Source of the DNA: an uncultured Eubacteriales bacterium
GTDB taxonomy: Bacteria; Bacillota; Clostridia; Oscillospirales; CAG-272
NCBI GenBank assembly: GCA_934447715.1
Contig: CAKSER010000003.1
Coordinates: 42,307-106,306 of the forward strand
DNA length: 64,000 nucleotides
Direction of reading: 5' to 3'
A model generated the notes under the pieces. The model saw only the letters and a program-made list of their open reading frames with translations, did not search any database and was not told the origin of the DNA. Position 1 is the first letter of the stretch. Each line of letters begins with the position of its first letter. Made by a program: the position numbers and the translations under genes. Positions 35,296 to 43,811 of this stretch are shown in pieces.

Positions 35296-36234
35296 ATGGA
35301 ACTTAAAAGAAAACGCAGGCTCGGGGACAGGGCGGACGGCTACAGACTTCGCGGAGTTGATCCGTACGACGCGATAATCCCGTATATAATGTCCAAAAGA
35401 AACGACTCGCAGAATCTGTTCTGCGACCGTTTTGAGGTTACCAATGTCGAAAAATATGTAAAGGAAAAGCGCGAGCAGGGATATTCCAATTTCGGAATCA
35501 TGCATGTAATCCTTGCGGCATACGTCCGCACGGTTTCGCAAAGACCGAAGCTGAACAGATTCATCGCCGGGCAGAAGATGTATGCAAGAAACGGAATCGA
35601 GGTCTGCATGGCGGTAAAGAGAGAGCTCAGATCCGACGAGACAAACACGGTTATAAAGGTGCATTTCGAGCCGACCGACACCGCAGTTCAGGTTTATGAA
35701 AAGTTCGGCAAAACCTTTGACGAGGCAACCGCTCCGAAGGAAAACACCTTTGACGGAACCGCAAGAATTTTAAACTATATCCCCGGTCTTCTTAAAAAGT
35801 TTGCCGTCGGCTTCCTTGCATTTCTCGATTACTTCGGGCTTCTTCCGAGATTCCTTTCAAGGGTGAGCTGCTTCCACGGCTCAATGTTTATCACATCGAT
35901 GGGCTCGCTCGGAATTCCGCCGATCTATCATCACCTTTACAACTTCGGCAACATTCCGCTTTTCATCGCGTTCGGAAGAAAGAGGCGCGCAGTTGAGCTT
36001 GACGAAGAGGGAAAGCCGGTAAAGCGTGCATATGTCGATTATAATATCGTAACAGACGAAAGAATCTGCGACGGCTTTGCATATGCCTCAGCACTGAAGC
36101 TTTTCAGAAGATACTTAAACAATCCCTGGGTGCTTGACAATCCGCCGGAACAGGTAATCGAGGATCCGAATATCGACAGAAAAAAAGAGAAAAAGGCAAA
36201 GAAGAAAGAAAATACCGAAAATACAGATAAGTAA
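35296..36234 (+). CDS. 2-oxoacid dehydrogenase E2 / CAT-fold acyltransferase-like protein, no lipoyl domain, non-canonical active site
   Basis: 312 aa. C-terminal YVDYNIVTDERICDGFAYASALKLFRRYLNNP aligns to the E2 catalytic DHRxxDG segment, but His is replaced by Glu. GGAGAGGG SD present. Confidence 0.6.
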   Translation: MELKRKRRLGDRADGYRLRGVDPYDAIIPYIMSKRNDSQNLFCDRFEVTNVEKYVKEKREQGYSNFGIMHVILAAYVRTVSQRPKLNRFIAGQKMYARNGIEVCMAVKRELRSDETNTVIKVHFEPTDTAVQVYEKFGKTFDEATAPKENTFDGTARILNYIPGLLKKFAVGFLAFLDYFGLLPRFLSRVSCFHGSMFITSMGSLGIPPIYHHLYNFGNIPLFIAFGRKRRAVELDEEGKPVKRAYVDYNIVTDERICDGFAYASALKLFRRYLNNPWVLDNPPEQVIEDPNIDRKKEKKAKKKENTENTDK

Positions 36235-36288
36235 AAAACGCAAGCCGAAAACGAATAAGAACGTGTAAAACAAAGGAAGCAAAGAGCT

Positions 36289-37263
36289 ATGTCTGATAAA
36301 ACAAAGGGAATAATAGCGGCGACGGCGGCAGGGGCTGCTGTTGCAACCGCGGCGCTGACCGTGCCTCCGGTGATCATGCAGAGGGTTGCCTGCGCACGCG
36401 GCAGGGAATTCAAGCTGTCCGACGCCTTTAAAAGCAAGGATAGAAAATCAAAGCGCAGCATGCTCGAGGTAAAGCGTAAGGTAAGAGAGATAAAGCAGAG
36501 AGAGTATGAATCGGTCGAAATCGAATCGTATGACGGACTGAAGCTTAAAGGAAAATACTTTGCAAATCCTCAAAAGGCAAAAAGGCTGATTATCTGCTTT
36601 CACGGCTACCGTTCGAGCGATTATCACGATTTTTCCTATTCGTTTGATTACTGGTTTGAAAGAGGCTTTGATATTCTGCTCGTCACCCAGCGCGCGCACG
36701 GCGAAAGCGAGGGAAAATACATAACCTTCGGCATAAAGGAGCGATTTGACTGCAAGAGCTGGGTGGAATATGCCGTAAAGCGCTTCAAAAAGAATGTCGA
36801 GATCCTGCTTGAAGGAGTCTCGATGGGCGCGACAACCGTCCTTATGGCAAGCTCGCTTAAGCTTCCCAAAAACGTAAAGGCGATTGTTGCCGATTGCGGA
36901 TTTATATCTCCCTTTGAGATACTTAAGCATGTAATGAAGAAGTCATATAAGCTGTCGGCATTTCCGTATCTGTATCTTACAAGTGCGGCAAGCGGTCTTC
37001 TTGCCGGCTTCGGCTTTAAGGATGCATCAACCGTCGATGCGGTAAAGAGAACCGATATACCGATATTCTTTGCGCACGGCTCCTCCGACGGCTTTGTGCC
37101 GTGCAGGATGTCGATTGATGCATTCGACGCCTGTGCATCCGACAAGAAGCTGTTTATTGCAGGCGGAGCGGATCATGCATTAAGCTATGTTGTTCAAAAG
37201 AGCGACTATGAACGTACTCTCGGAGAGTTTTTGTCAAAATACATTAAGAATTTCAAAATATGA
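36289..37263 (+). CDS. alpha/beta hydrolase with an N-terminal membrane anchor
   Basis: 324 aa. Nucleophile elbow GVSMGA, a HGSSDGFVP segment and C-terminal GGADHAL. Confidence 0.8.
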   Translation: MSDKTKGIIAATAAGAAVATAALTVPPVIMQRVACARGREFKLSDAFKSKDRKSKRSMLEVKRKVREIKQREYESVEIESYDGLKLKGKYFANPQKAKRLIICFHGYRSSDYHDFSYSFDYWFERGFDILLVTQRAHGESEGKYITFGIKERFDCKSWVEYAVKRFKKNVEILLEGVSMGATTVLMASSLKLPKNVKAIVADCGFISPFEILKHVMKKSYKLSAFPYLYLTSAASGLLAGFGFKDASTVDAVKRTDIPIFFAHGSSDGFVPCRMSIDAFDACASDKKLFIAGGADHALSYVVQKSDYERTLGEFLSKYIKNFKI

Positions 37264-37853
37264 AATGTTTAACAGAGCCGGAGCTGCTTTTTGAAATTTC
37301 GCAGCTTGTAAAGCAAAACCCGACTGCAATCATCTCGGTCGACGGAAGATGCGGCTCCGGAAAGACGACGCTTTCAAAAAAAATGAAGGAAGTAATCGGC
37401 GCGCAGCTCGTTCACGCAGACGACTTCTTTCTTACTCCGTTTATGCGTACGAAGGAAAGGCTTGATACGCCGGGAGAAAATATCGATCACGAGCGCCTCG
37501 AAAAAGAGGTGCTTTTGCCGTTCTCGGATGCTGTGGGATCAAATGAGCATAAAGAAATCAGCTTCCTTCCGTATGTCTGCTCGCTTAAGGACTTCGGGAA
37601 GGCAAAGCAGCTGAGAACCGACGCGCCTCTTATCGTAGAGGGCAGCTACAGCCAGCATCTGTCGCTTTTAAAATATTATGATCTTAAGATATTTGTCGAC
37701 TGCAGCAGCGAAATTCAGCTCGAACGGCTGAAAAAAAGAGAGGGAGAAGAAAAGCTCCATAATTTCGTCGAACGGTGGATACCGCTCGAGGAAAAATATT
37801 TTAAGTACTGCAAAATAAAGGAAAACGCGGATATACTGATCGTCACAGGCTGA
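37260..37853 (+). CDS. P-loop NTPase, uridine kinase-like family
   Basis: 197 aa. Walker A GRCGSGKTTLSKKM. ATGA start/stop overlap with the hydrolase gene. Confidence 0.6.
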   Translation: MKCLTEPELLFEISQLVKQNPTAIISVDGRCGSGKTTLSKKMKEVIGAQLVHADDFFLTPFMRTKERLDTPGENIDHERLEKEVLLPFSDAVGSNEHKEISFLPYVCSLKDFGKAKQLRTDAPLIVEGSYSQHLSLLKYYDLKIFVDCSSEIQLERLKKREGEEKLHNFVERWIPLEEKYFKYCKIKENADILIVTG

Positions 37854-37967
37854 GCCTAAGTAAAGACCGGAATTAAGACCGAGGCTTAGCACCGATTGAT
37901 GCCTGAAGGGCATTATCGGGAATTTGAAATTTGTTATATAAAACTAAACCGGGTGGGAGAAAAGAAC

Positions 37968-40292
37968 GTGAAAACAGTCAAAAGGCGCCGGGTGCTTGCG
38001 GCAGCTTCAGCTTTTTATATAACCGGAATTCTCTCATACAGCCTTCCGGCTGTCGCGAAGCTTGTCTTGGCGGCGGTTTTGTGCATTCTGCTTTGCGGAC
38101 TTGCCGTTGCCTTCAGAAAAGAGCGCAGTGAAACGGTAGGAGCCGCATTTTTTGCTGCTCTTGCCGCAGTCCTGGCTCTTTTGCTGTTTTATTTCTTCTT
38201 CGATGTTCGTATCGGCAGCTTTAAAAAATACGAGGGCGAGCCGAGGACTGTTGAGTTGCAGGTCAACGAAATCCTTTCCGCAAACGAATTTTCGACTGTG
38301 GCATCGGTAGATGTTTTCTCGATAGACAACAATAAGGTTTCGGCAAAAGCGGAGCTGTATCTTGAATATGAATACGATCTTTCTGAAAACGACATTGTCA
38401 CTCTGACGGCACAGCCCGAGCAGTTTAAGGAATATGAAAACGGCTTTCCGTTAAGGAAATATGAGCTTTCGAAGGGAAGAATATTCCGGCTTGTGTCCTC
38501 AAAGAACGACCTGAAAATAAGGAAGCCGGAGAAGCTGACCTTCTTTCAAAGAATTGCCGATATGAGAAGAAATGCCGCATCCGAGCTTTCGGTTCTGCTC
38601 GGAAAGGAAAACGGCGGCTTTGCATCCGCAATCCTGTTCGGCGAAAGAAGCAATCTTGAACAGACCCTAAAAAGAGATTTCCGCCGACTCGGGATATCGC
38701 ATCTGCTTGCAATCAGCGGAATGCATCTTGCGATTCTGACAGGCGGAGTCGACATGCTTTTAAAGGGCTTTCGGATAAGAAAAAGAGTAAGATGCATATT
38801 TATTACGGTATTCATTGTCTTTTTTGCGGCGTTCAGTGGATTTACCTCATCTGTTTTAAGGGCATCCGCAATGCTGCTTATGAACTACCTTGCATATTTT
38901 CTTACAACAGAGCGTGATAAGCTGACCTCGCTTGCGTCGGCTGCCGCGTTGATCTGCCTTTTTAATCCTCCGGCAGTGCTTGACTGCGGACTTCAGCTTT
39001 CGGTTGCGGCGACCCTCGGGCTCATTCTTGCGGACGAGACAAAGAACAGAATGGAGCTTGAAAGAACCGTCGAAGGTGAGGACGGAAGCGTAGCGGTATG
39101 CGACGGCAGAAAGGAGCACAGAACCAAGATAAAGAACAAAATCAAGGCAAATGTCGTCGGTGCGTTTGCACCGGTAATGACAAGCCTGCCGCTCATGTGG
39201 ATCTACTTTGGGGAGATGTCGGTCGTAAGCCCGATTGCAACCGTGATCTTCTCTCTTCCGCTCACGCCGATTCTTTATCTTCTCCCGTTTCTTCTGCTTT
39301 TCCCGAATTCCGAGGCGCTTGTGACGGCGCTGACATATCTTATCGACCTTGTCCGAAACGGAGCCGGATATGCAAAGAAGCTTTCGGGAGCTGTCATCTC
39401 GCTTCGAAGCGATTTTGCCGTGATTGCAATTATCTGCGCTATTCTTACGGCTGTACTTGTTCTGTTTGTAAAGAAAAAGAGCTTTTCAAAGCTTATTCTT
39501 CCGCTGATTGCGTTTTTTATTGTTTTCCTTCCGCCCTATTTTATAAACAGGGCGCTGAATTCCGATAAAACCGATCTTGTATGCACAAACTATTCGAAAA
39601 ACGACATGCTGGTTCTGTCCTCCTGCGAAAAGCTGCTTATCTGCGATATAAGCGACGGAAGCAATAATGCAGCAAGCCTTGCGGCGAGCTATTCAAAGGA
39701 GGAGTTTGAAACCGACGAAATCAATGTCTACATGCTGACCCACTATCACCGCAGGCATCTTTCCTCGGTTTATAAAATTGCATCCGGATATTATCTTGAT
39801 ACACTGCTGCTTCCGGAGCCGCAGACCGAGAAAGAAAAATCAATTTCGGATGCGATTGTTTCGTCGGTTAAGGAGCTCGATGTAAAGACGGTTTTCTATC
39901 CTGCAGACAGGGACTGCCGTGTCGCGCTTGCGGATGCGGAGCTTACGGTTGTAAAAAGAGAGTATCTGAAGCGCTCGACCCATCCGCTTGTGGCACTGTC
40001 GGTAAAAGCAAACGACAAGGCTGTTTCTTACCTCGGCTCGTCGTTTAACGAAACTGCATTGTCTAAAGATTTCCTTTCTGCAGCCCTTTCGGATTCCGAC
40101 ATGCTGATTTTCGGCGTCCACGGCCCGATAATGAAGAAGGAAATCGATTTTAAGAGCATAAATAAGCCGATGATATTTACCGGGCCTGATAAAAATCTGC
40201 CCCAAAGCATCGATTTTAACAGTATAGGCGGCAGTGTGTACCGTGTTGACGGCAAAAACGGAGAATATTGTATAAAAATCCGCTTTAACTGA
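37968..40292 (+). CDS. comEC: ComEC/Rec2 family DNA internalization protein
   Basis: Core motif LGISHLLAISGMHLAIL, many TM segments and a C-terminal metallo-beta-lactamase-like region (MLTHYHRRH). Start provisionally set to GTG 37968, after GGGAGA; the track start at 37896 lacks an SD. Confidence 0.8.
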   Translation: MKTVKRRRVLAAASAFYITGILSYSLPAVAKLVLAAVLCILLCGLAVAFRKERSETVGAAFFAALAAVLALLLFYFFFDVRIGSFKKYEGEPRTVELQVNEILSANEFSTVASVDVFSIDNNKVSAKAELYLEYEYDLSENDIVTLTAQPEQFKEYENGFPLRKYELSKGRIFRLVSSKNDLKIRKPEKLTFFQRIADMRRNAASELSVLLGKENGGFASAILFGERSNLEQTLKRDFRRLGISHLLAISGMHLAILTGGVDMLLKGFRIRKRVRCIFITVFIVFFAAFSGFTSSVLRASAMLLMNYLAYFLTTERDKLTSLASAAALICLFNPPAVLDCGLQLSVAATLGLILADETKNRMELERTVEGEDGSVAVCDGRKEHRTKIKNKIKANVVGAFAPVMTSLPLMWIYFGEMSVVSPIATVIFSLPLTPILYLLPFLLLFPNSEALVTALTYLIDLVRNGAGYAKKLSGAVISLRSDFAVIAIICAILTAVLVLFVKKKSFSKLILPLIAFFIVFLPPYFINRALNSDKTDLVCTNYSKNDMLVLSSCEKLLICDISDGSNNAASLAASYSKEEFETDEINVYMLTHYHRRHLSSVYKIASGYYLDTLLLPEPQTEKEKSISDAIVSSVKELDVKTVFYPADRDCRVALADAELTVVKREYLKRSTHPLVALSVKANDKAVSYLGSSFNETALSKDFLSAALSDSDMLIFGVHGPIMKKEIDFKSINKPMIFTGPDKNLPQSIDFNSIGGSVYRVDGKNGEYCIKIRFN

Positions 40293-40343
40293 ATTGTTTC
40301 TGTCGGTGAATAGTACAAAAGTGCCCGGATTTTATCTATTTGC

Positions 40344-40372
40344 TTGCAAATACGGGGAAAAGATGCTACAAT
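40344..40372 (+). promoter_or_regulatory. sigma-A type promoter for the ECF S-component gene
   Basis: TTGCAA-17 nt-TACAAT. Confidence 0.55.
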
Positions 40373-40456
40373 ATCAAGCAATATACATCCTAAAAACCGG
40401 AGGGGAGTTTATTTTTCCCCAAAGTTAAAGAGGTAGTAAGAAAGAGAGGGTTACAC

Positions 40457-41059
40457 ATGAACACATCAGAAAAAACACTAAAGCTCGCCCAAACCGCGAT
40501 TCTTGCCGCTCTGCTTATCGTAATGGCATTCACGCCGCTTGGATATTTAAGAGTCGGAGTGCTTGAAATTACCTTCCTTACGATTCCGGTTGTAATCGGC
40601 GCAATGATCTGCGGACCTGTTTCGGGAGCAATTCTCGGAGGAGTTTTCGGCGTGACGAGCTTTATACAGTGCTTCGGCATCTCGACGTTCGGAACGACGC
40701 TTTGCGGAATCAGTCCGGTATATACCTTTATCGTCTGCGTAATAACAAGAATCCTTACCGGCTGGTTTTCCGGTCTGCTTTTTCAGGCTATTTCAAAAAA
40801 GGACAGCAAGAAGATCATTTCCTGCATTGTCACAGCAGGATTTGGCGCAATATGCAACACCGTGCTGTTTGTCGGCTCGCTGATTCTGTTCTTCGGCAGA
40901 ACCGATTATATTAAGAGCATCGGCGATACCGCGTGGAAGGTAATCGTTGCGATTGTCGGAACAAACGGCCTTATCGAGGCGGCTGTCTGCCTCGTCGTCG
41001 GCGCCGCAGTTTCAAAGGCAATTCTCGTGCTGATAAACGACAGAAGAATCCGCAAATAA
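40457..41059 (+). CDS. ECF transporter S (substrate-capture) component, substrate unknown
   Basis: 200 aa with about 6 TM segments. The pattern LAQTAILAALLIVMAFTPLGYL...TFLTIPVVIGAMICGP is typical of ECF S components. Confidence 0.7.
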   Translation: MNTSEKTLKLAQTAILAALLIVMAFTPLGYLRVGVLEITFLTIPVVIGAMICGPVSGAILGGVFGVTSFIQCFGISTFGTTLCGISPVYTFIVCVITRILTGWFSGLLFQAISKKDSKKIISCIVTAGFGAICNTVLFVGSLILFFGRTDYIKSIGDTAWKVIVAIVGTNGLIEAAVCLVVGAAVSKAILVLINDRRIRK

Positions 41060-41098
41060 GCCATTCGGCTATCAGAACAGACAATTCGGATAATAATC

Positions 41099-41143
41099 AA
41101 AAAAGCTCGCCTGTGCAAATCACGCCTAGACGAGCTTTTTTTG
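41099..41143. terminator. bidirectional intrinsic terminator between the ECF S gene (+) and the mnmM-like gene (-)
   Basis: AAAAAAGCTCG...CGAGCTTTTTTT. Confidence 0.65.
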
Positions 41144-41193
41144 ATTTGATTTATAATTTTGCAATTTTGCGTCTGCTGCCTTTCGGCGTTTTC

Positions 41194-41745
41194 TCACTTC
41201 TTTTCGACAAGGAAGAAGAACGGAGAGGTCGGGGAATTGATTATCTGAAACTTCGAGCAGCAGATCTGAAACCGGCTGAGCGACGAAAGATATTCGGTGA
41301 GCATTTCCCCCTCGAGCGTGCCCTCGGCATGCCCGGGGTAGACCGCGATGAGCAGACCGCCGTCGCGATCGAGCAGCTCGATTGCCGCCTTTACCGCCTC
41401 GAGTGTCGACGGACGAAGCGTCGTTACCGACTTGTCCCCACCCGGCAGATATCCGAGGTTGAACATCCCGGCGCAGATCGGACCGGTTACATATTTCTTT
41501 ACGTTAGCATGCGAATCTAAAATCAGCTCATAGTTTTCGGCACATCCGGATTCTTTAAGAAGCTTTCTTGTGCTTTCAAGCGCCTGCTCCTGAATGTCAA
41601 AGGCATAAACCTTTCCGTCAGGGCCTACGGCATCCGAGATCCATTTTGTATCGTGCCCGTTTCCCATTGTAAAATCGACCGCCGTTCCGCCCTTTTTTAT
41701 GTGCGGCGCAATAAACTGCTTTTCGATTGTTAAAAGATCTATCAT
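41194..41745 (-). CDS. mnmM: class I SAM-dependent methyltransferase, YtqB/MnmM-like
   Basis: 183 aa. DFTMGNGHDT, VYAFDIQEQA and FNLGYLPGGDKSVTT closely follow B. subtilis YtqB as I remember it. Confidence 0.75.
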   Translation of the reverse strand: MIDLLTIEKQFIAPHIKKGGTAVDFTMGNGHDTKWISDAVGPDGKVYAFDIQEQALESTRKLLKESGCAENYELILDSHANVKKYVTGPICAGMFNLGYLPGGDKSVTTLRPSTLEAVKAAIELLDRDGGLLIAVYPGHAEGTLEGEMLTEYLSSLSRFQICCSKFQIINSPTSPFFFLVEKK

Positions 41746-41824
41746 GAAAAATCTCCGTTTCGGTTTTTTGAGTCTGCCGATATCGGCAGTTTCGTACCTT
41801 CCGGCTTAAAAAGCCGCATGCCCT

Positions 41825-42400
41825 TTATTTTGTCGGCTTGATGTACGGAAAATAGGTTTTAAAATAGATAAATCCGGAGACAAGGGTGAGTATTGCCGAG
41901 ATTATTGCAAGAACCAGACCGATAATATATGCATCGGCACCAAAGAAGATCGGTTCGACAAGAGTTGCGATTACGCAGACCATCTGTGAAACGGTTTTGC
42001 ATTTTCCCCAGATGTTGGCAGGCACAACCACCTTGTCCGAGACAATCATGCGAAGCGAGGTGACTCCGATCTCGCGAAGGAAGATCACAAACAGGCACCA
42101 GAACATCACGTTTACATAAACAGTGTTGGCTCTGTATTTTACAAGCAGCGCAAGATACGAGCCGACAATAAGCAGCTTGTCTGCGACCGGATCGAGGAAC
42201 TTTCCGAAATCGGTTATGAGATTTCTCTTTCTGGCTATTTTCCCGTCAAGCATATCGGTAATCGATGTAAGCGAAAATAAAACGACAGCAATTATTCTGC
42301 ATACCGTATCGTTCATTCCCTCAAATGCGATAAAGAACATGCAGATCGGAACAAGGGCGACCCTTAAAAGCGTCAGTCGGTTAGGAAGATTAAGCTTCAT
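41825..42400 (-). CDS. pgsA: CDP-diacylglycerol--glycerol-3-phosphate 3-phosphatidyltransferase
   Basis: 191 aa. CDP-alcohol phosphatidyltransferase motif DMLDGKIARKRNLITDFGKFLDPVADK. Confidence 0.92.
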   Translation of the reverse strand: MKLNLPNRLTLLRVALVPICMFFIAFEGMNDTVCRIIAVVLFSLTSITDMLDGKIARKRNLITDFGKFLDPVADKLLIVGSYLALLVKYRANTVYVNVMFWCLFVIFLREIGVTSLRMIVSDKVVVPANIWGKCKTVSQMVCVIATLVEPIFFGADAYIIGLVLAIISAILTLVSGFIYFKTYFPYIKPTK

Positions 42401-42406
42401 AATTTC

Positions 42407-43747
42407 TTATTCCTCCGAGTTTACCGCTTTTCCGTAAAGGTCGTAGTCGATTGCGTCGGTAATTTCGACGTCAACAAACTGTCCCTCCGAAAGCTTTTGG
42501 TCCGATGAGAAGAACACTCTTCCGTCAACATCCGGAGCATCCGCCTCGGATCTGCCGTACCAGGTTTCGGCCGCTGTGTCGTAGCCCTCGCAAAGAACCT
42601 TGACGGTTCTGCCGATCTTTTTGCGGTTTAAGCGGTTGTGAATCTCGAGCTGCAATTGCATAAGTTCGTCATAGCGATCCTGCTTTACCTGCTCGTCGAT
42701 CTGGTTGTCAAAATCAAACGCCGGAGTACCTTCCTCCCTTGAATAGGTAAACGCGCCGAAGCGGTCAAATTCGGTGTCGCGTACAAACTCGCAAAGCTCG
42801 TTGAAGTCCTCCTCGGTCTCGCCCGGGAAGCCGACAATCGCGGTGGTGCGGATGACAATGTCCGGTATCTCGCGTCTGAATTTGCCTATAACATCTCTTA
42901 TAAGCGCGCTGTTGCCGTGGCGGTTCATTGCGGCAAGCACTCTGTCGCTGATGTGCTGAACCGGCAGATCGAGATATTTGAGCACTCTCGGGTTGTTTTT
43001 CACCTCGTCGATAAGCTCGTCGGTGATCTTGTCGGGATAGCAGTACATTATGCGTATCCAGGGAATCGAGGTCGCGTCGCACACCCTTCTTATAAGCTCG
43101 GCAAGGCTGTATTTGCCGTAAAGATCGATTCCGTAGCGGCTTGTATCCTGCGCGATGAGGACAAGCTCTTTAACGCCGATTTTTTCAAGCTGCTTTGCTT
43201 CCTTTACGATATCCTCCATCGGTCTTGAGCGGAACGAGCCGCGGATCAGCGGAATTGCGCAGTAGGTGCAGCGGTTGTCGCAGCCCTCGGCGACCTTGAG
43301 ATATGCAAAGTATTCCGGGGTTGTAACGACCCGGTCTCCGCCGAGAGTAAGAGTCTCGTTCGGCTCGACAGAGATGAATTTCTTTCCGTCAAGCACCGTC
43401 TTTACCGCCTCGACAATGTGATGCAGGCTTCCGGTTCCGACAATTGCGTCCACCTCGGGAAGCTCCTTTTGAATTTCGTCGCTGTATCTCTGCGCCATGC
43501 ATCCGCAGCAGATAATGGCTTTCAGCGAGCGGTTTTCCTTTAGCCATGCAACGTCGAGAATGTTGTCGATCGATTCCTTTTTTGCGCTTTCGATGAATGC
43601 GCAGGTGTTGACGATGATGACATCCGCCTCATAGTCGACCGGAGTGATTTCATAGCCTGCCTCCATCAGCTCGTGGAGCATGACCTCTGTATCTATCTGA
43701 TTTTTCGGGCATCCGAGAGAGACGAACCCGATTTTTGCCTTTTTCAA
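42407..43747 (-). CDS. rimO: ribosomal protein S12 methylthiotransferase RimO
   Basis: Start set to TTG 43747 (KKAKIGFVSLGCPKNQ...). Radical-SAM CDNRCTYC and a C-terminal TRAM domain. The 47-codon extension in the track overlaps rqcH and is rejected. Confidence 0.85.
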   Translation of the reverse strand: MKKAKIGFVSLGCPKNQIDTEVMLHELMEAGYEITPVDYEADVIIVNTCAFIESAKKESIDNILDVAWLKENRSLKAIICCGCMAQRYSDEIQKELPEVDAIVGTGSLHHIVEAVKTVLDGKKFISVEPNETLTLGGDRVVTTPEYFAYLKVAEGCDNRCTYCAIPLIRGSFRSRPMEDIVKEAKQLEKIGVKELVLIAQDTSRYGIDLYGKYSLAELIRRVCDATSIPWIRIMYCYPDKITDELIDEVKNNPRVLKYLDLPVQHISDRVLAAMNRHGNSALIRDVIGKFRREIPDIVIRTTAIVGFPGETEEDFNELCEFVRDTEFDRFGAFTYSREEGTPAFDFDNQIDEQVKQDRYDELMQLQLEIHNRLNRKKIGRTVKVLCEGYDTAAETWYGRSEADAPDVDGRVFFSSDQKLSEGQFVDVEITDAIDYDLYGKAVNSEE

Positions 43748-43811
43748 CTTACATCCGAACCTTTCAAATGAAAATAATATACTTCTATTATAAATAAAAA
43801 TTATTGCCGTG

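Noticed and set aside
40373-40456. preQ1-type or other riboswitch in the leader of the ECF S-component gene (hairpin GGGGA-GUUUAUUUU-UCCCC followed by an A-rich tail and the SD)
   Set aside because: The shape loosely resembles preQ1-I. The loop lacks the conserved C-containing core, and the transporter does not look like QueT. There is not enough evidence to call it.
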